Shown piece by piece: positions 13,390-25,199 of a stretch of DNA of 64,000 bases. This DNA is from Hemiscyllium ocellatum. Lineage: Eukaryota. The notes under the pieces are model-generated. The model searched no databases. It saw only the letters and a list, made by a program, of their open reading frames with translations, and was not told where the DNA came from. The position numbers and the translations under genes are program-made. Each line of letters begins with the position of its first letter. Within the stretch, counting starts at the first letter, position 1. The stretch is taken from assembly GCF_020745735.1 (NCBI RefSeq), contig NW_026867526.1:1218416-1282415 (forward strand). Direction: 5' to 3'.

Positions 13390-14220
13390 ATTGATCCCAT
13401 GTGCTCCAGAAAACTGAGACAAAACTATGGAATTCAAACCGGGACAATGCAAACACCAGTTTTGGATTATGGGAATCGATGTTAATCATTTGTTAACAGA
13501 GCCAAGCGTGTCCAACATGTTTCAAAGGTATTATTTTGCATGGAAATGTTCAATCTTTGGACAGTAAGCAAGAAGCTGACTGTTCCTGTTAGTAACGGGG
13601 TTACATTACAGAGGACATCGACCATGAAAACTCTGCACAGGGAGCAAGAGGACAGACCATTCATCGTTCCCCTCCCCTCTGCTCCACGACAACTTATCTG
13701 TCGATTCTCTTTGGTGTGAAAGTGAAGATACATTCTGTCAACTCATGCGCTGGCGCAAGATCCCTGGCAGTTCCCCAGAAACAAAGGTTACATTCAAACT
13801 GTTCTGCACTCTTTACGATTGGTATGTTCCAATCAAATTTAATTTTAAAGTGTCTTAAATTTACATTTCCAATTGGTGCAATGTGGCAGTTGAAAACTGA
13901 CATGAATTTTGTTAGAATGTCCAATCAGGGGAATCAAGAACACCAAGTTCAAACCTCGTGCTCTACCCTTGACATAAAATGGACAGTGTCAGATTTTGTC
14001 ACAGAGGGATTTAGGATGGATAAGGTACTTGGTGGAATCCTGCAATGAGTGAGCTTTACTCTGTCTCTGACCCAGGGTGTATCTGAGCAGAGAACATTAA
14101 CTGCACAAGACCCTTGTCCTAGACCTGTTAATAACCCACTTTAACTACACCGATGTAATGTAAGTCAGAGTGAGAAACAACTCATTCAGTATTTACCTCA
14201 CAACTGGAGGGAAAAGAAAC

Positions 14221-14267
14221 TTTATTACTTCTGTTGAATTATTAAATGCAACTTTGAGATTTTTATT
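14221..14267 (-). terminator. Secretory poly(A) signals: AATAAA overlapping the stop codon (14262-14267) and a second AATAAA (14221-14226)
   Basis: Minus strand TGT CAA TAA AA; second hexamer 41 nt downstream, followed by a T/GT-rich tract. Confidence 0.75.
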
Positions 14268-14654
14268 GACATGAATTAACAGTGTCCATCAGTGCAAGTG
14301 AAATGTTTACGAAACTCGGTTTACCGCTGGATTTATCGACTGTTCTGTTGATGATCTTCAATGGAATCGCTTCATGTCCCACCACACAGGAGTAAGAAGC
14401 ACCGCTGGCCCACTCCTCCGCTGTAATGGATAACAGGCTGTAGATGAAGAAGGAAGTGTTGTCACTCTCCGCCATCACCTCGGTGTTCTTGTAGTTACTG
14501 GGATTCACCTGCTTGTCATTGTTTGTCCACTTGACGAAGATCTCTCGGGGGGAGAAACCTCTCACTAAACAGGTGAGGGAGAGAAACCTCTGAGCGGAGA
14601 TTTCTTCTGTTGGTGGCAGGAGGACCGACACTGATGGCTCCAGCGGATTAATCA
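14263..14654 (-). CDS. IGHM: IgM constant exon Cmu4 plus secretory tailpiece ([20 protein letters not shown])
   Basis: Acceptor TTCTGCAG|TG; [23 protein letters not shown]; tailpiece with N-glycan sequon NIS and penultimate Cys; internal donor AGCG|GTAAA at 14325/14324 for the membrane form. Confidence 0.97.
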
Positions 14655-15102
14655 CTGCAGAATATTTGAGACAAATATAAATCAACCAAAAGCATCCTGA
14701 ACCAATATCACAATTTCACTCAATATTAAAATACGTCATTTTAAATTTGGGATTTATTCACTTTCCTTTTCTAAAGGAGCAGTATGGTACACATTCTGTT
14801 CAGTAAAAAAAGTAAAGTGAAAGTTGCCTCCATGTTTCCAGCCCACAACAAGGGCATTCTGTCCAACTGTCATTGCTGATGGTGACATCACAACCCAGGT
14901 TACTTCCCACCTTATCTGACTTAATCAGAATACAATATCCTTTGGTCCATCTTTTTCTTAATCAGCTACTTAGCTATCCTGCCTTCAGATGCATCATTAA
15001 TGCTCCCAACGGTGTTTGTTCATTACCAGTGAAAGCCTGCCATTGATGTAACTGGATCTGGATTCCACATGGGATGCTTTGTGTTTTAATCTCACCGCTC
15101 AC

Positions 15103-15411
15103 CTTTCTCCTTGTGGATGGAGTCTCTCAGCGGAGTCGGTAGATTCTGATGGTACACCACACATTCAAAAGTAACGCCACTCAGCCAGGCTTCAGTAGAA
15201 ATGTCTAATTTGCTGATCACGCTGTCGGGATTCTGTCCAGGCTGGTCAGCAATCTCTGATTTCAGAGGCTTCTTTTCTTGTTTCCAGGTCACGTTGACTC
15301 CAGAAGGAAGATTGGACACAACGCAGGTTAACGTCACTGTCGCCTCCAGTAAGACTTGTTCTACTGGCGGTGGGAGGATTTTAACGGTGTTAGGGTGGCA
15401 CTCGGTATCTT
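15103..15411 (-). CDS. IGHM: IgM constant exon Cmu3
   Basis: Acceptor TTTCATAG|AA, donor AAAG|GTGAG; 309 nt open frame with [22 protein letters not shown]. Confidence 0.95.
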
Positions 15412-16629
15412 CTATGAAACAAAAATCAAAGTCAATGAAAAATGCCCCTTTATGATACAAACACCCAATCTTCAGATTACTTCTTCACAGGGTGAAGACA
15501 CCACCTTCAAAATGGCAACTCCAACCATTGCTGAAACGATGCTTACTATTGTTGATGTATTTTGATTTGTGAAAGCATTTGTGATTACCTATGACATACC
15601 CTGTGTCATTATTCCTAAAGAACACTGGCTTTGTAACAAGTGACACCTGTGAAAAAAGTAAAATCATCGAAGATACCATTATGTAACCCATGGAATTACC
15701 TTTCTTTCAGAGTTTGTCTCTCACTTAAGACCATCTATTGATACTTGTGACAAGAGTAATCTGAATATAATGAGTTCAATTCCATGTTCATAACCCTTAG
15801 GTGTAAGTGCTGCTGGTCACGCTGACTGCTAAATCACATCCCAAATTTCGGACAAATTATAATAAATAATAATTATTCTCTTTGCAGAGTTCTAAAGTGT
15901 TACAGGAGCGGTGAATAGCCATGGAAATTCTGTTCATTATATTTAACGTGATCAAAAATACTTTGCGTTATTGGTGTGATGTCATTCTCTAATTTATGTC
16001 ATTGTTCCTCGTGGGCTGAGTTTGGAGTAGATCTGAAAACAAGGCACTGAGTACAGCATTGGATATCGAGAAGGACACCCATCTCCTTAAGTCTTTCCCT
16101 CCATTCAGTTCGTTCATGACTGGTCTGTACTTTCACTTTATTTACCAAGCTGCATTTTTAAAATTTCTTCATAGAGCAGGGGAGAAAAAAAACAAACAAA
16201 AACGTCTTAAATTAATCTACAAACGTGATGGAAATGTACACTAATATTACAGACATCCACTACCCACTGTGTAAACATCACCACCCTAAACCAGGCTAAA
16301 TCAGCCTGTCTCGAGTTCCTCGTTCATTCATCCCTTTTGTAGCATTCTTACCAGAATTTATTCTCCTGCCTCATCCACTACTTACAGAGAGCATCTTAAA
16401 GAAGCTCAGTGAGACCACGTTTATCCCAGTTCATCAAATGTGATACCCACTTGGTCTGTGGTCTGATCCCATAAATGTAGTTAAAGAGCTCAGTACCAGA
16501 TAAAAATCGATGTCGTACAATGTCCAAGGCCAACAGGTCATTCCTGATCAGGGAATGAAGCATTGAACGCATTCTGATTTACTTTCAAGTAAGGGTCACT
16601 GCATATTTTAACCACGTCATTTTGAGACC

Positions 16630-17040
16630 ACATCATCATAAGATAGAGGATCAGAATAAGGCTGTTCGGCCAATCCAGAGTTTAGGTCAGAATGATGCTG
16701 GAAAAGCACAGCAGGTCAGGCAGCATCCGACGAGCAGGAAAACCGACGTTTCGGGCTAAAGCCATTCTACTGTCTTCTCCCCACACGAAACAAGAGCCGA
16801 ACTATCTCTGGCTTGAATATACACAATGGCCTGGTCTCCACAGCCCTCTGCAGCAACAAGTTCCACAGATTCATCACCCTCTGGCTGAAGAAATTCCTCC
16901 CCATCTCAGTTCTAAACGGTGCCCCTTTGACCCTGAGACTGTGCCCTTAGGTCCTAGTCTCGCCTACCAGTCAAAACGTCTATTCCACGTTCACTCGACC
17001 TCAGTCTCTCAGTATTTTTTATGTTTCAATTAGATATCTC
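16630..17040 (-). mobile_element. CR1 3' fragment interrupted by a truncated Penelope terminus (16690-16765)
   Basis: CR1 tail/RT remnants; AATGATGCTGGAAAAGCACAGCAGGTCAGG...GACGTTTCGGGC insert. Confidence 0.6.
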
Positions 17041-17380
17041 TCCAATATTCCCCTCCACCCCCAAACTTATCCTTGAAGCCACTACCAGGCAAGGATTCAG
17101 CACTCTGAATGCCTCTCCCAGCAAGGTCAGGCAACAAACTATTTAACAAAGCTCACTGTCTATATATCTATCTTCAACAGAGAGGAAACATGCTTTTCTG
17201 ACTTGCCAAAATGTTGAATTATGAGCAATGCTAATGTAACACTCAAACCGAAATGAGATACGTGACATGTGGGGAAACGAGAAGCTGTACCTTGCTGTTT
17301 ACTACGCCTGATAAATTAGTGTGTTTGATTCACATCAGAGTTCAGAGTGATTTGTAGCTCTCTCAGTATGTGTCTCTTAC

Positions 17381-17692
17381 CCTGGAGTGCGGTGATGTTT
17401 TTACTTTGAATGTTGTCTTCATGAGTGACCTGGCAGGTATAGACTGCGCTGTTGTACCATTCACCATAAGGGACCATCAGCCGACTCGTCACCGAGAAGT
17501 TCCCGTTCGCCTCACACACGGGAGACATGAAGAAGCCAGAATCCAAGAGTCGGCCATTTTTCAACCAACTCACGGAGATTGACTTCGGATGGAAATCGAT
17601 GATTGAACAGACAATGGTTGCAAACTTGCTGCTTGCGATTTCTTCACTGGAGCTCACAGTTAGGAGAAGAGTTGGTGGGAGAGGACCTCTAC
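17381..17692 (-). CDS. IGHM: IgM constant exon Cmu2
   Basis: Acceptor CCTAAAG|GT, donor CAGG|GTAAG; 312 nt open frame with [26 protein letters not shown]. Confidence 0.95.
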
Positions 17693-18029
17693 CTTTAGGA
17701 AACACATCGCATAAATTATCTGATGAATTTCATAACAAATACAATCAGTTCTCATATATCAAGGTTTCTTGTGGTTAATGGATACAAGAATCATAATTGT
17801 GCAGAGTGCTGGAGAAGCTGGGATCCACACAGAAAGATCATCAGGACAATGTGAAAGGCTAAAATTATAGGACACAGCAAGGGAGTCAAGGAGGCATAGA
17901 AACTGTAGACCGGTAACATCAGAAGGGAGATAGCAATGTTGGATGGTATTCGTTTTAATGACAGAGTCTGATGAACAAGGCAGATGAATTACCGCCATAA
18001 ATGAGGAAATGATGCGGTTGCTATCACGG

Positions 18030-20660
18030 AGACATATTGAGAGATGGGCAGGAGTGGCTATTCAATATTCCAGGATTTAGTGCCTTCAGGCGAGACAGGG
18101 AAAGATGGAAAAGGATAGCGGCGGGGGTTTGCGGCACAGAATGTTGCTTCTGTCACAATTCTGACAAGAGTATTTTAGGCTGTAAATAGAAATGAAATAA
18201 TGGATACCTCCTCGAACAAAGGCAAATGGACAGTACCTCAAAACCAAAATCCAGCAAACATCACTACTGGGAGAACACGATAGACCGTACTATAGGTCCA
18301 AAAGACCAAGTGCAAATACATGGGCAAATTTCAGAGAAATGTAAATTAAATAGGGGATTGAGAAAAGAGGTTTTTAACTTCCTCAGAATAGGCTTGGATA
18401 TTCATTGTGTCAAAAGTTGAGAGGGAGCACAATTCTGAAAATGCCCCCAGGAGAATATTTTAACAAAGTATGTGTTAATACAGAGAATTTTAATCCAGAC
18501 CTTGCAAGAAAGGGGTGAACCTGGACTTAACTTTTGGAAATGAAGTCGACCCAGTGGGTAAAACATCAATGGTGGTGCACTTTGCAGACAGTGATCGTAA
18601 ATCAGTTGGATTTCAGATTGTACTGCAACGGAATAGAAATTGTCCCAAAGTTCTGAAAAGGGGAAGGACAATTTTAGTAAGATCAGGTAATGACTTAACC
18701 AGAGTGGATTGGAAGCTGACACTTATTGGTAAATCTGAGTCAGAGCAGTGTGACACATTTAAGAAAGAGATAGGAAAATCACAGGGAGGACATTTCCCAG
18801 GAACCCACTGAATGGGACCAAGAATGTAGCGGGCTCTGGACACCAAAGGGCATGGAGGGTGAGATAAAGAGAAACAAGGGAGGCTTCCGGTCTATACTGA
18901 AATCTCAAAACAATAGAAATTAGTCTGGAGTACAGAACGTGCAAGGGGGAGTTTGAAAGACAAAGGAATTAGAAGAGCAAAGGGGACCATGAGAAAATAA
19001 TAGCAGTCAAAATAAAGGAAAATATTTTTAAAAGTTACAGGCTCATTCATAATAAAAGAATGATTCGGGAAACAGTAATGCCCATTAAGTGTTATTATTG
19101 GAGTGGAGCCGGAGGATTAGGTTGTGGTCAAAACGAATGTGTTGTGTCAGTGTTCACTAGTAAGACGGACAATGTGGGGACAGAAATCATGGAGGGGTGT
19201 TGTGATGTACTTTCAGAAATTAGGACACATGATGTGATCTTCTGTGTTGTCTTGATGAATGAAAAGTGGTTATATTTCCAGGGCAGATGAAAAGTATACC
19301 AAGCGGTTGAGCGATGCAAAGGATGAAATAGTTGGGTCGCTGACAATAATTTAGAATTACTGCCTGGCCACAGCAGTTGTGCCAAGTGAGTGTAGATCAG
19401 CCAACGTTGCACTGTTACGCAGGACAAAGTAAGGGGTAAATAATGAAAACACAGATCTGTCAAGCTAGTCACAGTGGTAGGGAAACTATTGAAAAGTGAA
19501 ATTAGTCTTCATTTGGAAGATAAATCAACAATTTTCAGCACGGTTTTATTGAGAGAAAGTCATGTGTAACAATTTGATAGTAGTTTTCAGAGAGATAACT
19601 CGATGTACAGATGATAGCAATAATCAGAGCCAATGGGATCCGAGTTAATTTGACAGATTGGATCTCGAACTGCCTGAGTGATGGGAGCAGGGGATAATAG
19701 TCATCGGGTATCTGCGTGACTGGAAATCTATGTCTCCTGGTGTTCTGTAGGGATTGGTGTTGATTTCCATGTTATTTCTCTGACATACCAATGATTGAGA
19801 CTCAAATTTAGGAGGATTAACCAGTGAATTCACAGATGAAATGAAAACTGTCATGTTGGTAAGTCATGAGCATTATGGCTTTAGATTGCAGGAGGATATA
19901 AAAGAGTTGGTTGTATGTGAAGAGAAGTTGCAAATGGAAATTATTCTGGATAAATGTAAGGTGATGGAATTCGGCAGAAGAATCTGTGAGGTATGACATT
20001 TTGAATGGTGGAACCCTGGAAAGGCCTGAGGATCTTTGGTGCATGTACCCACCGATCCCCTATAGTACTGTGTCGTCTGGATAAAGAGACTAAGAAGGTG
20101 GGAGGATATTTGCTTTTATTAGCCTAGACATTGACAATGAAGAATAGGGAGATGATACTGGAACTTAATAGAACACTGGTTAGGCCATATTGAAGCGTTG
20201 TGTGCATGTTATCGAAGGAATGTGATTACATTACACTGAAGGCAGTATTGATGAGATTTGCCAGGATCTTGCCTGGGTTGGAGGGTTTTAGTTATGAAAC
20301 TAGATGAGATAGACAGGGGTTTTCCTTGGAGCAGAGGAGAGTTAGGGAGAAGATTATCATGATGTCTAGAATTATTTTAGGCATAGACTGGGTAAACTGG
20401 ATCAAACCTTTCCCCTTGATGGAGAGATCAATGCCTCAGGGGCACAGGGTGAAGGTAAGGCCAGGAGGTTCCAAGTGGATCTCAGGGGAAAACAAAATCA
20501 AACAGAGGGTGGTGTTAGCCTGGAGCTCAGCACCTATAAGTCATGTAGAAACTGAGCCCCTCATAATAAGTATGAAGTATTGAGATGCATCCTTGCAAGG
20601 GCAAGTCACACAAGGCAATGGATCATGTGCTGGCACATGGGACTGGAATAGTTAGGTGGC
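18030..20660 (+). mobile_element. Long decayed CR1-group LINE filling most of the Cmu1-Cmu2 intron
   Basis: Ordered EN, linker, RT and 3' end remnants with many stops. Confidence 0.6.
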
Positions 20661-20804
20661 TGTTATTGACAGGCGTAAACTGGATGGATCAAAGGGCCTT
20701 TTTTCCTGTGCTGTATAAGGTGATTCTGTGAAAATGGTTATAAATAATGCCTTATTCATATTAATCCCAGATGCTCTGTTTATCTCAGTTCCCACAATAC
20801 GTAC

Positions 20805-21113
20805 CACATGGCATTTCTTTGCTCTTGTGTGAGTGTGACCCGCTGTGTTCAACCTCACAGTAGATTTTGCTGGGGCAATCTACCGCTGACCCGGGCAGGG
20901 TTAACTGGCTGCTCAGGGTGTAGGTTCCCTTCTTGTTTCTCACTGATGGGTAAGTCTTCAATCCATCCGTGATTAGCTCCCCACCTTTCTTCCAGGTTAC
21001 CTTGGTGACGTCAGGGGAATAGTCCATCACCAAACAACCAAAGATTGTCGAATCGGTGTTGTGCCCCTCACAGGAGGAGACCAGGCCATAAAGCGTGGGG
21101 GGAGATGGTGTCT
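20805..21113 (-). CDS. IGHM: IgM constant exon Cmu1
   Basis: Acceptor TTGTAG|AG, donor G|GTACGT; 309 nt open frame [15 protein letters not shown]...[10 protein letters not shown]...TWKK...IYCEV...MPC with C1-set Cys/Trp/Cys and the N-terminal light-chain-linking Cys. Confidence 0.95.
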
Positions 21114-21449
21114 CTACAATAGAATGACCAATTGAGCATGTTAGTTTCTGTTAATTTGACCTTATCAGTTACTCAAATGTATCCTCAGCTGTAACCGTTT
21201 GCCAGTATGCTCCCGCTGAAGTCTACAGCATAACTGGAGTTTATTTTTGTTTCCTACCAGTTGCTGATCATGATCATTGGTTCCCTCTTTAGGAACATGC
21301 CCTCGACCTTGAACATTGCCATATCATTTAGGAAGAAGAACATCCTGATCCCACCCCAGGAACTGTTTGAAGATCTCACCAACTGACACTTTCATTGGAT
21401 TGCTGTGAAGAGCAGAGAAGTTTCACAAAATACAAACCAAGGAAATGCA

Positions 21450-21776
21450 GATTCATTGAAATTCTACAGTGTAGACAAACAGGCCATTTGGCCCAACAAG
21501 TCCACACCCACCCTCTGAAAAGAAACACATCCAGACCCATTCCCCAACCCTATTATGCTACAGTTAACCCTGACTAATGCACCTAACCTCCCAATCACTG
21601 AACACAACATTTGCAATTTCCCCAGCTTGTACATCTTTGGACTGTGGAAGAAAATGCAGACAGATATGGGGAGGAAGTGCCAACTCCACAGACAGTCACC
21701 CGAGGCTGGAATGGAACCCGAGTCCCTAGCACTGTGAGGCAGCAGCGCTAACCACGGAACCAGCATGCCGCCCCAC
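21450..21776 (-). mobile_element. HE1/V-SINE-like SINE in the J-Cmu1 intron
   Basis: Homologous to the 33.4-kb copy over its full length. Confidence 0.85.
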
Positions 21777-21840
21777 TAGGTACCCTGCTGCTGGAAATAC
21801 CCAACAGCTGGCAGTACCCCCGGAGAGAAATCAGAGTGAA

Positions 21841-22138
21841 TCATAGAACATAGAACAGTACAGGGCAGTACAGGCCCTTTGGCCCTCGATGTTGCGCTGC
21901 TCTGACATACTAATATGAAGCCCATCCCACCTACACTATTCCATGTACATCCATATGCCTGTCCAATGACAACTTAAATGTATTTAAACTTGGCAAATCT
22001 ACGCCCGTTGCAGGCAAAGCATTCCATACACTTACTACACAATGAGTAAAGAAACTACCTCTGCCATCTGTCTTATACCTATCTCCCCTCACTTTAAAGT
22101 TGTGTCCCCTCGTGTTTGCCGTCCCCATACTTGGAAAT
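21841..22138 (-). mobile_element. CR1 3' end
   Basis: CATAGAACATAGAACAGTACAG tail; GHNFKVRGDRYKTDGRGSFFT. Confidence 0.8.
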
Positions 22139-22202
22139 CAGGTCCAGTGAGCCTTCCTCACTTATCACTGCAAGGCAGAATGTTCTCTCTGGGAGGAAGG
22201 TC

Positions 22203-22203
<1 letters not shown>

Positions 22204-22233
<30 letters not shown>
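22204..22233. repeat. (CAG)10 microsatellite
   Basis: Ten perfect CAG units. Confidence 0.95.
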
Positions 22234-22235
<2 letters not shown>

Positions 22236-22589
22236 CAGGCAGGAGCTGAGCACTGGGACGGGGAGGATGGCTGTCACGGCTGAACTCAGGCCAATTGGCT
22301 GGAAGTTGAAACATCTCATTTACAATGATCTGAATTCTGGCGGCCTCTGAAAAATGGAGGACCATTAAGGTTCAGAGACTTTGGACTGTTACAGCTGAGT
22401 ATTTACGTAAATATGATTTGAGAAATGAACAAGTAATCTTTAACTTTAATAACTATCAAACTGATACGCAGTTCACCACCAAACCTCATCTCTCAGACTA
22501 ACCACTGCACTTACTCTGCCTAGACCTAAATTTCCACTCACATTGACAAACCCTACCCTGCTATACACCCATTCATGCCCGGAACACAC

Positions 22590-23303
22590 AACCCCTATCA
22601 CACAAAACACATCCAAGGCAATCCATATTGGTAGTGTAGCTGAGCAGAGAGATCTCGGTGCCCATGTACATAGATCCCTAAAAGTTGCCAGCCAGTTTGA
22701 TAGAGTTGTTAAGAAGGCATACTTTGTGCTGGCTTTCATCGATAGAGGGACTGAGTTTCAGAACCATGAGGTTAGGTTGCAGCTGGACAAAACTCTGGTG
22801 TGGCTACACTTGGAGTATTGTGTACTGTTCTGGTCACCACATTATAGAGAGAATGTGGAAGCTTTGGAAGAGTTCAGAGGAGGTTTACCAGGATGTTGTT
22901 TGGTATGGCGGGAAGGTTTAATGAGGAAAGGATGAGGGTCTTGAGGCTGTTTTTGTTTGAGAGAAGAAGGTTGAGAGGTGACTTAATTGAGACATAAAAG
23001 ATAAACAGAGGGTGGACAGTGAAAGTTTTTTTCCTTGAATAGTGATGGCTAGCAGGAGAGGACATAGATGACAGATGTCAGAGGTTGTTTCTTTACTCAG
23101 AGAGTAGTAGGGCCATGGAACGCACTGCCTGCAACAATAGTACACTCGCCAACTTTAAGGGCATTTAAAAGGTCATTGGATAAACATATGGATGAAAATG
23201 GAATAGTGTAGGATAGATAGGCTTCAGATTGGTTCCACAGGTCAGCGCAACATCGAGGGCTGAAGGACCTGTACTGCACTGTAATGTTCTATATTCTATA
23301 TTC
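22590..23303 (+). mobile_element. CR1 3' fragment
   Basis: GSVAEQRDLGAHVHRSLKVA...LEYCVLFWSPHY; TTCTATA tail. Confidence 0.8.
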
Positions 23304-24804
23304 CAGATGGACATATGATCTCAATCCCTTTCAGTCATTTACACTCCTGCCATCCTGCACCTGGCCCATAGCGAATCTGGCCCTGACTGGACCTGGCACC
23401 ATCATTTTCACAACCTCTGACAAAAGCCCACTACCCAAGACATGACCTCAGCCCTTGATCACTGACCTCTCATCTTACCCAAGACAACCTGTGCACATTG
23501 CATCCTAGCTCCGCTGGCATCTGTGCTTTACAACCTACCATTTTGCCAGACTCCGAGCTTTGCATTTTGACAACACGTCCACCTGTCACTTCATTCCAGT
23601 GACCTTCCACCCCCGAAACATCCTGGCACTCTGCCCACCTCTACACTAACCAGCCTGGCATCCTGCCCACCTCTCCATAAACCAGCCTGGCAAAGACAGA
23701 CCTCCTGCATTTCAGCTCAAACTACCCCTCACCTACCAAGCACAATTCAACCAAATTATCCTGTGACCATTACCATTTACCTTGATGCCACCTTTTGCCA
23801 GACAGAGTGCACGCAAGCTTACCCAGCAGCCAGCCAACCAGCCTCCCAGCCCAAACTCTCCCACATGCCCAATCTAGCCCCTCACTTGCTCACCACCTTC
23901 CAACTTTAAGCCTCCTCCACCATAAAGTCAGTGAGACATAAAGTCGTACAGCACAGAAACAGTTCCTTTGGTCCAGCCCAGCCATGCTGACCAGAGTTCC
24001 CAAATTAAACTCATTCCACTTGCCTGCCTTTGGCCCATATCCATCCAGACCGATCCAGTTCCTGTAGCTGTTCAAATGTCTTCTCAATGTGGGACCGATC
24101 TCTGCACTTCCCGCTTCCTCTGGCAGTTCATTCCAATGTTTTGGACAGTTACAACATGAAGCCCTAACTCCTGCACTCAGTGCTCTGACCAATGAAGGTA
24201 CATGTGCCAAACACCTTCAACACACTAGGTACTTGAGACAACGCTTTCAAGAATCGATGAGTCTTGAATCTATGAATTTCTGTGGTGGAGAATTCCAAAA
24301 GAATTCACCATTGTTTTGTTGAACAGGAAACAATCAGGTTCAATGTTATCGAGTGTTGGGAAACTGGTGAGCAGCAAGATTAATCATGATCCCATGAATG
24401 GAATAGCCTTCTAGAGAGGCCGAGATGCCTTCTTCAGCTTCCATTTTGCATGCTGACATGTCCCTTCGGCAGCATGTTCCAAAATTGTGATCCTTGAGGA
24501 TAAGGGCACACATGCATGTAAAGCTTGCCTCCAAATCAGACTTCAACTTGACTCTCAACTATTTCCCTGCCCGTTTCCTCTTCCTCAATCACAGCCATGG
24601 GACTCACTTCCTAACAGCGCTGTGAATGTGCTAATACCACACAAACTTCAGCAATTCAAATAAACTGATGACAACTGGTTTCTCAAGGCGATATAAAAAG
24701 TCTGACACTTCCACACCTGTCTAGAGATTCAAACAACCACTGGAAGAATTGAAAATGATTTGATGCACTTGTGTGTCTACACAAGATGACATGGTTTCCT
24801 TTTT

Positions 24805-24956
24805 TAAAAATCACACAACACTAGGTTGTAGTCCAACAGGTTTAATTGGAAACAAACTAGCTTTCGGAGCGTTGCTGATAAAGGAGCGTCGCTCCGAAAG
24901 TTGGTGTGCTTCCAATTAAACCTGTTGGACTATAACCTGGTGTTGTGTGATTTTTA
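24805..24956. mobile_element. ~150-bp imperfect palindrome made of head-to-head Penelope-type termini
   Basis: TAAAAATCACACAACACTAGGTTGTAGTCCAACAGG... mirrored by ...CCTGTTGGACTATAACCTGGTGTTGTGTGATTTTTA; degenerate hammerhead (CTGATAA...GAAA) in the centre. Confidence 0.75.
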
Positions 24957-25171
24957 ACTGTGTACACCCCAGTCCAAAACCGACATCTCCAAATCATGGT
25001 TTCCTTTTGTGTGATTTGACTGTGTTTTCACTGAATGAACAGAGCTATTTCTTAATCATATAATAGGAATGAAGCTTCCCTCATTTTTAGCAACTGCTGA
25101 AAATGTGTTGCTGGAAAAGTGCAGCAGGTCAGGCAGCATCCAAGGAGCAGGCAGTATCCAAGGAGCCCTTC

Positions 25172-25199
25172 CTGAAGAAGGACTCATGCCCGAAACGTC
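25172..25199 (+). ncRNA. Hammerhead motif, core intact, one stem II mismatch
   Basis: CTGAAGA-A-GGAC-TCAT-GCCC-GAAA-CGTC within a head-to-head Penelope terminus (~25090-25285) in the J-Cmu1 intron, antisense to IgM. Confidence 0.55.

Noticed and set aside
22042-22350. Poly-Q ORF
   Set aside because: It begins inside a CR1 fragment and runs through the CAG microsatellite; no domain or splice context.
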